NCBI GenBank assembly: GCA_002070825.1
Contig: MWDT01000001.1
Coordinates: forward strand, 1 to 51,804
Direction of reading: 5' to 3'
DNA length: 51,804 bases
DNA from: Verrucomicrobia bacterium ADurb.Bin122
GTDB lineage: Bacteria; Verrucomicrobiota; Verrucomicrobiia; Opitutales; Opitutaceae
Shown here: positions 12,375 to 21,873 of the stretch, piece by piece
Layout: each line of letters begins with the position of its first letter
Position numbering within the stretch: position 1 is the stretch's first letter
Translations under genes and position numbers: made by a program
Notes under the pieces: generated by a model
Databases searched by the model: none
The model's input: only the letters and a program-made list of their open reading frames with translations
Told to the model about the DNA's origin: nothing

Positions 12375-14671
12375 AGGAAATCTTGCCAGTCGCGCCCCAC
12401 GAGGAGCACCTCGGGCTCCAAGGTCACCCCTTTTTCCGCCTGCACTCGCCCCCGTACTTCACGGATGAGCGCCAGGACATCAGAGGCACGCGCAGCGCCA
12501 TGGTTGACGATGAAATTTGCATGCACCTGCGAGACCTCTGCATCCCCGACACGCAGTCCCTTCAACCCGCAGGCGTCGATCAGCCGTCCCGCAGCGTCGC
12601 CCTCTGGGTTCTTAAACACGCACCCGGCGCTCGCCTCGCGCGGCTGCGAAGCCTGCCGCTTGGCCCGGTACGCCTCCATCTTGCCCTGGATCGCATCCGC
12701 CTCAGCGACGGCCATAGGGCGCAGCACCGCCTCCAGCACGATTGCATCCACCAACTCGCGACAGCAACGATACCCAACCGAGAGCTCATCCCGGCGCCGG
12801 GTATGGATCCTCCCATCGCGCGACATGAAGCGTACCGACTCGACCACATCGAAAAGCCAAGCCCCCATCGCCCCGGCATTCATACGCAACGCACCGCCCA
12901 GACAGCCCGGGATGCCCTCCAGAAACTCAAATCCGCCCAGCCCCGCCTTTGCCGCCAGCCCACAGAGATTCTTCAACCGCAACCCCGCGCCTGCCCGGAC
13001 ACTCCCGTCGGCGCACATTTCAAAACCGGCCCACGCCGGATGACTGAGCGAAATGACCAAGGCCTCCACACCGTCGTCCGGTACGATCACATTTGACCCA
13101 CGCCCAAGGACAAATACGGGCGCGCCCTGAGCAGACGCCGTCCGCAACAATGCCGAAAGATCTGTCTCCGACGCCGGCTCAGCATAAAGCCGGGCGCATC
13201 CCCCCACACGCATCGTCGTGCGCGGCGCCAGCGGCTCCTCGTGGCGCACGATCGCATCCACGCTCAACACAGGAGTGAGCGCATCGGCCAGCGATTGCCA
13301 GCGGCGCCGCGTCAGCCACGGTTTCACCAAACTGTCGATGTCCCCGGCTCCCACCACGGCCAGCAAATCGCCCGGGCGCAGCTCACGTCCCAAGGCATCC
13401 AAAAACGCCACCGCGCCTGGCTGATAAAAGACCGGGCAACCTGGCACACGTCGCGCCAGCGCATCCCGCAAATCCGCCGTCGTGGCGCCAGCAGTTGGCA
13501 GTTCTCCGGCACCGTAGGTATCGAGCAGCACCACGAGGTCGCCAAGCGCAAGCGCATCGGAAAACCCATCGATAAATTGGGCCGTTCGACTGAAGCGATG
13601 TGGCTGAAATGCGACGACCAGCCGGCTGGCTTCGCCTCCGCGCACGCGCGCGCGCAGACTCTCCAGCAACGCACGAATCTCTCCGGGATGATGTGCGTAA
13701 TCCTCGATCACCGTCAGCCCCGATTCCGCCGGCACAAGGCACTGCCGGCGACGGACGCCCGGATAATTCGCGAGCGCCTCATGCGACAGTTTCGCGCCCA
13801 CGACCTGGGCCGCGGCCAAGGCCGCCGTCGCGTTGACTGCATTAAAATCGCCACGCGCGCGCACCACAGCCTCGGTGATAGAAAACCGTCCCCCCAACCG
13901 GAGGCGCATGTTCTCGCCACATGCCGCCACGACTTCTCCGGCAAAATCCGCCCCGGCACCTCCGAACGTCACCGCAGTACTCGGGGATACTTTGGCGGAG
14001 AGTGCACAATGACGATTCACGATCACCGCCTGGGTCGTGCGCGCAAACAAACCGCCGAATGCGCGCTCCAGATCCGCTTGTTCGCGATAAAAATCCGGAT
14101 GATCCCAATCAAGGTTCACGGCGAGCGTGACCGCCGGTGCAAAGTTCCCGATCGTGCCATCGCTCTCGTCGATCTCCGCGACCAGCCACCCATTGGCACC
14201 CACGCGCGCCGGCGGTATGCCGGCATCGCCAAATAAACCACCAAGCACATATCCACAGGGGAAACCGGCAGCGCGGAGCGCTGTCACGAGCATCGCCGTC
14301 GTCGTGGTCTTCCCATGCGAGCCACACACCGCGACCAAATTGTAGGATTTGGCCAGCTCAGCCAGTAGCTCCCCACGGCGCACCATCGGAAGATGCCTCG
14401 CGGAAGCCGCACACCGGGCGGGATGCCCTGCGCGTATCGCCGAAGAGTGCACGACGAGTTCGCACGCTTCGCCCATCGGTCCGATCCGCACATCCGCCCG
14501 CGTCAATTGCGACACCATGGCGTCCGTCATGCCGTCGTCCTCGCCCGAGACCGAAAACCCGGCCCCCGAGAGAAAGATGGCAAGCGGGCCCATTCCCATG
14601 CCCGCCACACCCACGCAGTGGATGTGACTCACGGGCGCACCAAACAAATTCCGTGAACCGGGTAGTGTCAT
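12371..14671 (-). CDS. murC: Fused MurC (UDP-MurNAc--L-Ala ligase) / MurB (UDP-GlcNAc-enolpyruvate reductase)
   Basis: Single 766-aa ORF. The N-terminal Mur ligase part has GSHGKTTTT. The C-terminal approx 300 aa are MurB-like (PRTTMRVGGCARLY..., FAD-binding region). Confidence 0.85.
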   Translation of the reverse strand: MTLPGSRNLFGAPVSHIHCVGVAGMGMGPLAIFLSGAGFSVSGEDDGMTDAMVSQLTRADVRIGPMGEACELVVHSSAIRAGHPARCAASARHLPMVRRGELLAELAKSYNLVAVCGSHGKTTTTAMLVTALRAAGFPCGYVLGGLFGDAGIPPARVGANGWLVAEIDESDGTIGNFAPAVTLAVNLDWDHPDFYREQADLERAFGGLFARTTQAVIVNRHCALSAKVSPSTAVTFGGAGADFAGEVVAACGENMRLRLGGRFSITEAVVRARGDFNAVNATAALAAAQVVGAKLSHEALANYPGVRRRQCLVPAESGLTVIEDYAHHPGEIRALLESLRARVRGGEASRLVVAFQPHRFSRTAQFIDGFSDALALGDLVVLLDTYGAGELPTAGATTADLRDALARRVPGCPVFYQPGAVAFLDALGRELRPGDLLAVVGAGDIDSLVKPWLTRRRWQSLADALTPVLSVDAIVRHEEPLAPRTTMRVGGCARLYAEPASETDLSALLRTASAQGAPVFVLGRGSNVIVPDDGVEALVISLSHPAWAGFEMCADGSVRAGAGLRLKNLCGLAAKAGLGGFEFLEGIPGCLGGALRMNAGAMGAWLFDVVESVRFMSRDGRIHTRRRDELSVGYRCCRELVDAIVLEAVLRPMAVAEADAIQGKMEAYRAKRQASQPREASAGCVFKNPEGDAAGRLIDACGLKGLRVGDAEVSQVHANFIVNHGAARASDVLALIREVRGRVQAEKGVTLEPEVLLVGRDWQDFL

Positions 14672-15816
14672 GCCACAAGCGCGGCAGCCTTTGCCGAGCC
14701 GGAGTTGTCCGGCGGCGATTTGCGAGCCGAGCTTTTCACGAGCGACTCCAGATCATTGAGCATCAGCTCCAGCGAATTGGCGCGCTCCATCCGCTGCAGA
14801 TTGCCGCGGAATTTCCGCAGCAACCAGTCGTTGAAAATCGTATCGAGAACCTCGGCGCTCAGAGTTGCCATGAAGGCCTGCTCGACGAGCAGCCCTCCGC
14901 CCTGGCGTTCGAAAAACACCCCATTGGCACGCTGGTGATCATCCGCCGCATGAGGGAACGGCACGAGGATCGCAGGCGTCTCGCACCGCACCAGTTCTGC
15001 GATCGTCCCCGCGCCTGCACGTGAGACGACGAGATCAGCGGCCGACATGATCTCGGCCATTCGGTCGCTGAACGGAACGAACACCGCACGCACCGGAGCT
15101 CCCGTACGGGACTTGAGCTCAAGCGTCTCCGGCTGGTCCTTGCCCAATCCGGTCAGGCAGTAAATCTGCACGCCCTCTTCAGCCATCCGGGTAAGGTTGC
15201 TCCGCGCCCAGGAATTGAGAGCCGACGCCCCCTGGCTGCCGCCCAACACGGCGACGACCTTGCCATGCGGGTGCAATCCCAACGCCACACGCGCAGCCTC
15301 CATCGGCGCCCGCTTGATCTCCGATCGAACCGGAAGCCCCATGTGGCGGATCACATCAGATTTGACTCCGGAAAGTCGTACGCCTGGCGGCAGATAAACG
15401 CGCCGCGCCATTCGCCCAAGCAGGCGAATGGCACGTCCGGGCACACGATTCGCCTCATGCAAAACCACAGGGATGCCGAGCACCGCCCCCGCCAGGATCA
15501 GACTCGCCGACGTGAATCCGCCAAAACCAATCAATCCCTGCGGTTTCAGCCGGCGCGCACAACGGCAGACAAACCACAACGCGTGCGCCTGCGAAAACAG
15601 GCACCGCGCCAGCCCGACCGGGTTCCAACTGAAGCCGGTCCCTGGCATCCGCTCGAAATCCAGCTGCGGGTATTTCTCGATCAGACGCGCATCCACCTTT
15701 TTCCGGCTGATCATCAAGGTCACCTCATGACCCCGGTTTTTCAGGCCCTCCGCCAGTGCAATGCCCGGAGACAAATGCCCGCCCGTACCTCCACATGAAA
15801 TGAGAAATCTGCTCAT
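14668..15816 (-). CDS. murG: Lipid II glycosyltransferase MurG
   Basis: N-terminus ISCGGTGGHLSPGIALAE. dcw cluster position. Confidence 0.9.
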   Translation of the reverse strand: MSRFLISCGGTGGHLSPGIALAEGLKNRGHEVTLMISRKKVDARLIEKYPQLDFERMPGTGFSWNPVGLARCLFSQAHALWFVCRCARRLKPQGLIGFGGFTSASLILAGAVLGIPVVLHEANRVPGRAIRLLGRMARRVYLPPGVRLSGVKSDVIRHMGLPVRSEIKRAPMEAARVALGLHPHGKVVAVLGGSQGASALNSWARSNLTRMAEEGVQIYCLTGLGKDQPETLELKSRTGAPVRAVFVPFSDRMAEIMSAADLVVSRAGAGTIAELVRCETPAILVPFPHAADDHQRANGVFFERQGGGLLVEQAFMATLSAEVLDTIFNDWLLRKFRGNLQRMERANSLELMLNDLESLVKSSARKSPPDNSGSAKAAALVA

Positions 15817-16985
15817 GAAAGAACCTCCCGGAATTTGCGCCCTTCACCCGAAATCATCGCACGGCCCCAATTGCGCTGGGTGTTGATAAAAATACCCACC
15901 AGCAGGCCCATCAGGATCAGGTTCGACAATCCCGCGCTGAGGAAGGGCAGCGACATGCCCTTCGTCGGGAAAAGCCCGGTCACGACGCCCAGATTGATGA
16001 TCGCCTGCAGGCAGATCAGCAGCAGCGCCCCAGCCGCGAGCAGGTACTGAAACAGATTCGGAGCCCGGCGCAGGTGTACCCATCCTGCGATGAAGATCGC
16101 GGCAAACAGAACGACGACACCCATCGTGAAAACCAGCCCCAGCTCTTCCGCGACCACCGCGAAAATAAAATCCGTGTGCGCCTCGGGCAGAAAATTCAAT
16201 TGCTGGCGTCCCTGCCCCAGCCCCGCGCCCTCTGCGCCACCGGCGGCAAACGATGCCAGCGCCTGGTACAACTGATACGTCCCCCCCATCTTGTTGCCCT
16301 CGACATCGAGAAACGCGGTGAAACGCCGCGCCCGGTTGGGATTCAACGCAACCATCACAGCAAACAAACCGCCCACGGCCAGCAGGGTCGGGACGATGTA
16401 GCGCCAGCGAGCCCCCGCCAGAAATAACAGCGACAATCCGACGGCCACCGTCAGCGCCGCCGTGCCAAAGTCCGGCTCCAGCAGGATCAAGCCGGCAAAC
16501 ACGCCGATGATGCCGAGCGGATAGACAAACCCACGACGGAACTCACCAATGCGCGTCTGGTTCAACGCAAGATAGTGCGCGAGGCAGAATACCATCGCCA
16601 GTTTGGCAAACTCCGAGACCTGCAACCGCAGGAATCCGATGCCCAGCCAGCGCCGGCTCCCCTTCACGGCGATTCCGACATGAGGCACCAGCACCAGCAG
16701 CAACGCCACGACTGCCGCCCCGCCGACAAACCAGGCATACCGCCGCACGTATTCGAAATCCAGCAACCCGGCGAGTAGACACCCCGCCACCGCGAATCCC
16801 ACGCCGATAAACTGCTTGTTTAGGTAGTAGTACGGCCCCTGCCGGTACGATGCACTCGCACTAAACAGAATCGTCAGCCCCAGGATGGTCAGCGCGACCG
16901 CACAGACCAGGATCACCATGGCCGGCGAAAACCCCAGCCGCGCACGGGCCGCAGGGGTATGAGAGAAAGACACGTCGGGTGACAT
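15813..16985 (-). CDS. ftsW: SEDS-family cell division protein FtsW
   Basis: Polytopic membrane protein of the FtsW/RodA type in the dcw position. The start is ambiguous (ATG 16985 or TTG 16997). Confidence 0.85.
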   Translation of the reverse strand: MSPDVSFSHTPAARARLGFSPAMVILVCAVALTILGLTILFSASASYRQGPYYYLNKQFIGVGFAVAGCLLAGLLDFEYVRRYAWFVGGAAVVALLLVLVPHVGIAVKGSRRWLGIGFLRLQVSEFAKLAMVFCLAHYLALNQTRIGEFRRGFVYPLGIIGVFAGLILLEPDFGTAALTVAVGLSLLFLAGARWRYIVPTLLAVGGLFAVMVALNPNRARRFTAFLDVEGNKMGGTYQLYQALASFAAGGAEGAGLGQGRQQLNFLPEAHTDFIFAVVAEELGLVFTMGVVVLFAAIFIAGWVHLRRAPNLFQYLLAAGALLLICLQAIINLGVVTGLFPTKGMSLPFLSAGLSNLILMGLLVGIFINTQRNWGRAMISGEGRKFREVLS

Positions 16986-17003
16986 CGGGCTGCTCAAGAG
17001 AGA

Positions 17004-17963
17004 TTAGTTCGAAGCCGGCACGATCGGTGAATCCTCCACCTTGATCACCGGCACTGCACTGACGGAGTCCAAAGGCAGCCCCGCATCGAGATCCTGATCG
17101 GGCGTCGGGACCGATGCCGCCGGACTGGCCGGCGCATCGGGATCGATCATCGGCATGAGTGCAGGCGCTGCGGGCTCCGCAGCCGGGCGCTCCACCGCCG
17201 GGCGTGGTGCGACGTTCGCCTCGGGCTCCGGGGCTTTCGTGCTCGCAACGGGGATGATGAGCTCCTGACCGGCGCGCAGTTTGCGCGGATCGGCGATGTT
17301 GTTGGCCGCACCGATTGCACCGGCCTTCACACCGTAGATTCGCGCGATCGAGCCAAGGCTCTCGCCCGGAAGCACGGTGTGGCGCGTCACGTCACGGCCC
17401 GGTTTCGCCGGGGCTGCCGCGACCTGGGCCGGAGCCGGCGCCGGCGGTTCATCGTGAACCTGCTGGGCCGACTTGGCCGGGACGATGAGTTTTTGCCCCA
17501 GACGGAGGCTCGCGCTCACTCGGAGATTGTTGGCCGCAGCCAGCTCGCTGACGCTGATGCCGTGTTTCTTGGCGATGCTCCATAGGCTGTCGCCTTTGCC
17601 AACCACGGTCGTCGTGGCTGGTGTGACGCCACTGACCGGCGCTCCACGCAGGGCGGTCGCCGCCGTCGAACCGGGGCGAGTCGGCGAAAAACGCGAGGCA
17701 TCGGAGGAGTCAGCCATACTGGGATCAAACGCGATTCCCGAGAGGCTGATGGAAGCCTCGTGCTCAACGGGCGCCGCCGCGATCGGCGAATCACTGCCAG
17801 CCGTGGGCATCGTGATCATCGGCACTGGCTCGGAGGGTTCCACAGGGTCGGAGGCAACCGCCTTCGACTGGGACTTCGTGCTGCAACCTGGGTTGGTGAA
17901 CATCAGGAGCAGGGCAAATGCGTGTATGCCGAGGACTATGCCGACGGTACGTAGGATTTTCAT
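17004..17963 (-). CDS. Secreted/membrane-anchored protein with two LysM domains
   Basis: N-terminal hydrophobic segment MKILRTVGIVLGIHAFALLL. Two LysM repeats: GDSLWSIAKKHGISVSELAAANNL...GQKLIVP and GESLGSIARIYGVKAGAIGAANNI...GQELIIP. Confidence 0.8.
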   Translation of the reverse strand: MKILRTVGIVLGIHAFALLLMFTNPGCSTKSQSKAVASDPVEPSEPVPMITMPTAGSDSPIAAAPVEHEASISLSGIAFDPSMADSSDASRFSPTRPGSTAATALRGAPVSGVTPATTTVVGKGDSLWSIAKKHGISVSELAAANNLRVSASLRLGQKLIVPAKSAQQVHDEPPAPAPAQVAAAPAKPGRDVTRHTVLPGESLGSIARIYGVKAGAIGAANNIADPRKLRAGQELIIPVASTKAPEPEANVAPRPAVERPAAEPAAPALMPMIDPDAPASPAASVPTPDQDLDAGLPLDSVSAVPVIKVEDSPIVPASN

Positions 17964-19294
17964 GGCTGGGTGCACTGGGGTCGTTGTTCGAAAATGGAAG
18001 CATGCCGGTCCGCATTATCCGCGAGCTTGCGAACAAGCTGTTCGAAGATTTCTCCGCGGTGATCGTATCCGTTGAACATGTCGAAGCTGGCAAATCCGGG
18101 GCTCAACAGCACATGCCCGCCCACCGTGGCCTGCGATGAGGCGGCCTGCACAGCCTCGTCGAGCGACGCGCAACACGCGTGAGCGAGACCAGCCTGCGCA
18201 CAATGTTCGGCGAGCTCCCTGGAGGTCTCGCCTATCAGCGCGGCAAACTTCACTCGTGGCGCAATCCTGGAAACGAATCCGCCGAGGTCTCCGCCCTTGC
18301 CTTTTCCTCCGGCGATGAGCACCACGGGCGAATCAAAGCGGGCCAACGCGGCCTCCACGGCATGAAAGTTGGTCGCCTTCGAGTCGTTCCAGTAGCCGAC
18401 GCCTGCGATCGTACGCACCAACGCCAGCCGGTGCCGGCCTAGGTGAAAACTTTGAGCGGCCGCATACAGGCACTCCTCACGGCGGCCCGATCGGGTCCAC
18501 CAGGCGCGCACCAGTTCGAAATTTTCCCGCTGCGGATAGCGTTCAAAAACGGTTCCCCGCAATCCGGCATCATCCGCCAGCCCCTGCGTTGCGACATGGG
18601 ATTGCGCCGATGAGGCGCGCCCGAAATGCATCGCATACTCCTGCGCCGAGTCGCCGAGAAAAACTGCGCCGGGCTGCGTGTGCTCCACCAGCACCCACTT
18701 GGCCGCAAAGTAATCGTCCAGCCCGTCGTGGCGCTCCAAGTGGTCCTCGGCAAAGTTGGTCCAAAGCGTGGCATCGGCCCTGAAGTGGCGCATCGTCTCC
18801 GCCTGAAAGGAGCTCACTTCGCAGACGGCAGTGGTGCGTGCCGCCTGCAAATCCAGATCCAGCACCAGCCGGCTTAGCGGATAGCCAATGTTACCTGTCG
18901 CCTTGGCAAATTCGCCGTTGAGCGTCAGTGCATGGGTGAGAAATTCCGTCAGGGTCGTTTTCCCGTTGGTTCCCGTGACCGCCACGATCTTGCCCTTCCA
19001 GAACAGCGACGCGAAATCGATTTCTCCGAGGCAAACCGCCCCCATCGATTTCGCGGTGGCGAGCCATTCGTGGCGCGGGGAAAACCCGGGGGAGAACACG
19101 ACGAGCGCATGCCGGGCCGCCGCCTCGCGGTCAAAAGACGTAGAAGCTCCATCGGCGCCACGCTCGTCGTAGAGCACGCTCTCGGCCCCCACACGCTGAA
19201 GCAGCTCGCGCACGGCCAGTCCGCTGCGGCCGCCACCGAATATGGCAGCGGGGCGCCGCAATAGCGTGGCAATCGTTGTGGGCGCGGTCAGCAT
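17960..19294 (-). CDS. murD: UDP-MurNAc-L-Ala--D-Glu ligase MurD
   Basis: The real start MLTAPTT... is the ATG at 19294, overlapping the mraY TGA as ATGA. Contains GTNGKTT. The 727-aa ORF in the track is a frame read-through over mraY. Confidence 0.9.
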   Translation of the reverse strand: MLTAPTTIATLLRRPAAIFGGGRSGLAVRELLQRVGAESVLYDERGADGASTSFDREAAARHALVVFSPGFSPRHEWLATAKSMGAVCLGEIDFASLFWKGKIVAVTGTNGKTTLTEFLTHALTLNGEFAKATGNIGYPLSRLVLDLDLQAARTTAVCEVSSFQAETMRHFRADATLWTNFAEDHLERHDGLDDYFAAKWVLVEHTQPGAVFLGDSAQEYAMHFGRASSAQSHVATQGLADDAGLRGTVFERYPQRENFELVRAWWTRSGRREECLYAAAQSFHLGRHRLALVRTIAGVGYWNDSKATNFHAVEAALARFDSPVVLIAGGKGKGGDLGGFVSRIAPRVKFAALIGETSRELAEHCAQAGLAHACCASLDEAVQAASSQATVGGHVLLSPGFASFDMFNGYDHRGEIFEQLVRKLADNADRHASIFEQRPQCTQP

Positions 19295-20415
19295 CAGCGC
19301 AGTTTCAAAGTTCCGAGGCCGGCGAGCGCGCACATCAACGAGAGCACCCAGAAACGGAGTACCACCTTGGTCTCCGGCCAACCCTGCTTCTGAAAATGAT
19401 GATGGATCGGAGCCATCAGGAAGAAGCGCCGGCCTTCGCCATACTGGCGCCGCGTGTATTTGAACCAGCCGACCTGGACGATCACGGACACGGCCTCGGC
19501 GACAAACACGCCGCCGACAATCACCAGGGTGAGCGGTTGCTGCACCATGAAGGCGATCACACCGATGAGCCCGCCAAGCGCGAGCGAGCCCGTGTCGCCC
19601 ATGAACACCTCGGCCGGGTGCGAGTTGTACCAGAGGAAAGCCATGCCGGCTCCCACAAGCGCGCCACAAATGACCGCGAGTTCGCCCGAGCCGGGCACGT
19701 GGCTGATCAGCAGATACTCGGCGATGCGCATGTGCCCAGCCGTGTAGGCCATGATGCCATAGACGAGCGCCACCGTGATCGTGCATCCGATCGCCAGACC
19801 ATCGAGTCCATCCGTCAAATTGATGGCATTGCTGAAGCCGACGACCCAGAAAAACATCATCACAAACAAGGCCACCAGCCCGAACCCGCCGGCAAACACG
19901 AGAACCGGCGATTTGAAAAACGGGACCCACAATTCTCGGATCTTCACCGCACTCATCGGGTGCAGGACAAGGACCGCCAGCGCCACGAGCGTGATCAGCG
20001 TCTGCCACATCATCTTCTCGCGTGACGAGATGCCATCCCGGTTCCGTTTCACCGCCTTCAGATAATCGTCGCGGAAACCCACCGCGGTCAGTGCCGTATA
20101 GACGAACATCGCGACGAGCACCCATACGTTCGGCTGCGCCCATAGCGCCACGCTCGCAAATACGCTCCCGAAAATGAGCAGGCCGCCCATCGTCGGCGTG
20201 TTTTTCTTGTCGAACCGCTGGGCGAGATCGCCCGTGCGGTCATCGTCATAGTGCTGCCCGAACTTCAACCGGCGCAGTTGGTGGATGAGCCACGGTCCGA
20301 TCAGAAACCCAAATGCCATGGCCGTCCCGGCGGCCAGAAGCGTACGCAAAGACAGATACCGCAGCACGCGCAACGGGCCGAAATAATCCTCAAAATTGGC
20401 GAGATAACTGAGCAT
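19294..20415 (-). CDS. mraY: Phospho-MurNAc-pentapeptide translocase MraY
   Basis: N-terminus MLSYLANFEDYFGPLRVLRYLSLR and the NLTDGLDGLA motif. Polytopic membrane protein. Confidence 0.9.
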   Translation of the reverse strand: MLSYLANFEDYFGPLRVLRYLSLRTLLAAGTAMAFGFLIGPWLIHQLRRLKFGQHYDDDRTGDLAQRFDKKNTPTMGGLLIFGSVFASVALWAQPNVWVLVAMFVYTALTAVGFRDDYLKAVKRNRDGISSREKMMWQTLITLVALAVLVLHPMSAVKIRELWVPFFKSPVLVFAGGFGLVALFVMMFFWVVGFSNAINLTDGLDGLAIGCTITVALVYGIMAYTAGHMRIAEYLLISHVPGSGELAVICGALVGAGMAFLWYNSHPAEVFMGDTGSLALGGLIGVIAFMVQQPLTLVIVGGVFVAEAVSVIVQVGWFKYTRRQYGEGRRFFLMAPIHHHFQKQGWPETKVVLRFWVLSLMCALAGLGTLKLR

Positions 20416-20420
20416 GAGAA

Positions 20421-21812
20421 TCAATGTGTCGACGCCCCATGGGCGACCCCGACAGCGCGTTCCAACTGGTAGCGGCGGCTCCCCTTCACAAACACCGCAC
20501 CGCTCCAGCCCGCGACACAGGCGCTCACAGGCTCAATCGTATCGGCGATTGAGACTTGTGCACCCGTGCCCTGTGCGAGGGCGCCCAGCCGGACTTCCTC
20601 GGACATTCCGCCCATCACGTAAACCCGGTCTCCAGACCTCAAGGGCAGTGCACGACCGAGCTCGCGATGGTAGCGCGGCGCATCCGGGCCAAGTTCCTCC
20701 ATGCACCCAATCACATACAACCGAGGGGCACCCGCCGGCGCCTGGGCCGAGAAATTCGCCAGCGCATCGAGCATCGCCGCAGGATTGGCATTGTAACAAT
20801 CCAGATAGAGCAGGCGGCTGCCCTCGCGACGCCACTCCCCGCGCATCGCAGCGGGCTGCCAGCCGGCCAGCCGGCTGCAAATGGCATCTGTCGGCACGCG
20901 CAAACGCGCGGCCGCACAGATCGCGAGTGCCGCGTTTTGCGCCATCCCATCGGATACGCGCGGCAGCACAAACTTCGACACCCCACCGTCCTTTTCGAGC
21001 AGGACTGTGGTCGCATTGGCATCCTGTACGACGGTAAAGCCCGCCCCCGTGCCAACTGGCCGAGGGGCACCGGCGTCGCGAGCCACGGAGACCACCATCG
21101 TGGAGACCTGCAGCTGCCGGAATGCGGCAAACTCCGCGCATTGCGTGGAAAAAATCGCCACGCCGCCCGGGCGTACACTGGCCGAAAGAGCTGACTTCTC
21201 GCGCGCGACTCCCTCGAGCCCGCCCAACTCAGCCAGATGCGCTGGTGCGATGAGCGTCGTGATGGCCACATCCGGTTCGATCATGCCGGCCAGTGGCGCC
21301 ATTTCGCCAGGCGCGCTGATGCCCGCCTCCACGACGGCAAACCGATGAAGCAAGGGATCGAGCCGCGTAAGCGTCAGCGGCACGCCAATGTGGTTGTTCA
21401 GATTGCCTTCGGTCGCCAGCACGCCACCGGCATCCCCGCCGAGGAGCGTCGCGAGAAGGTTCTTCGTAGAGGTTTTGCCGCAGCTGCCAGTGATACCTAC
21501 GATGGGACCGGCAAACAACCGGCGGTGCTCGCGGGCAATTGTCTGAAACGCCCGTAGCACATCAGGGACCACCAACTGGGGCAACGCGACGTCCTGCACG
21601 GCGCGCGCGACCAGCGCCGCAGTGGCGCCCTGACTCGCCGCACTGGCCAGGAAATCATGGCCATCGCGCCGATCCGTCGTCAGCGCGACGAACACCTGTC
21701 CCGCGCGCAGCAGCCGGGAGTCCACGGAGAATCCCGAAAGCGGAGAGACCGGCTGCGCCGTCCATCGGCCGCCGGTCCATTGTGCCAGTTGAGTGGGTGT
21801 AAAACAGGGCAT
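20421..21812 (-). CDS. murF: UDP-MurNAc-tripeptide--D-Ala-D-Ala ligase MurF
   Basis: Mur ligase with GITGSCGKTSTK. dcw position. Confidence 0.9.
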   Translation of the reverse strand: MPCFTPTQLAQWTGGRWTAQPVSPLSGFSVDSRLLRAGQVFVALTTDRRDGHDFLASAASQGATAALVARAVQDVALPQLVVPDVLRAFQTIAREHRRLFAGPIVGITGSCGKTSTKNLLATLLGGDAGGVLATEGNLNNHIGVPLTLTRLDPLLHRFAVVEAGISAPGEMAPLAGMIEPDVAITTLIAPAHLAELGGLEGVAREKSALSASVRPGGVAIFSTQCAEFAAFRQLQVSTMVVSVARDAGAPRPVGTGAGFTVVQDANATTVLLEKDGGVSKFVLPRVSDGMAQNAALAICAAARLRVPTDAICSRLAGWQPAAMRGEWRREGSRLLYLDCYNANPAAMLDALANFSAQAPAGAPRLYVIGCMEELGPDAPRYHRELGRALPLRSGDRVYVMGGMSEEVRLGALAQGTGAQVSIADTIEPVSACVAGWSGAVFVKGSRRYQLERAVGVAHGASTH

Positions 21813-21873
21813 TGCTAGTCGCCTCTTCGGTGGACGTCAGGGTCGGTCAACGTGGGATTTTCCGCGCCGAGGC

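Noticed and set aside
17960-20143. 727-aa ORF suggesting a giant MurD.
   Set aside because: Its first 283 residues are Arg/Gly/His-rich read-through in an alternative frame across mraY. The MurD homology begins at MLTAPTT (ATG 19294), which overlaps the mraY stop.
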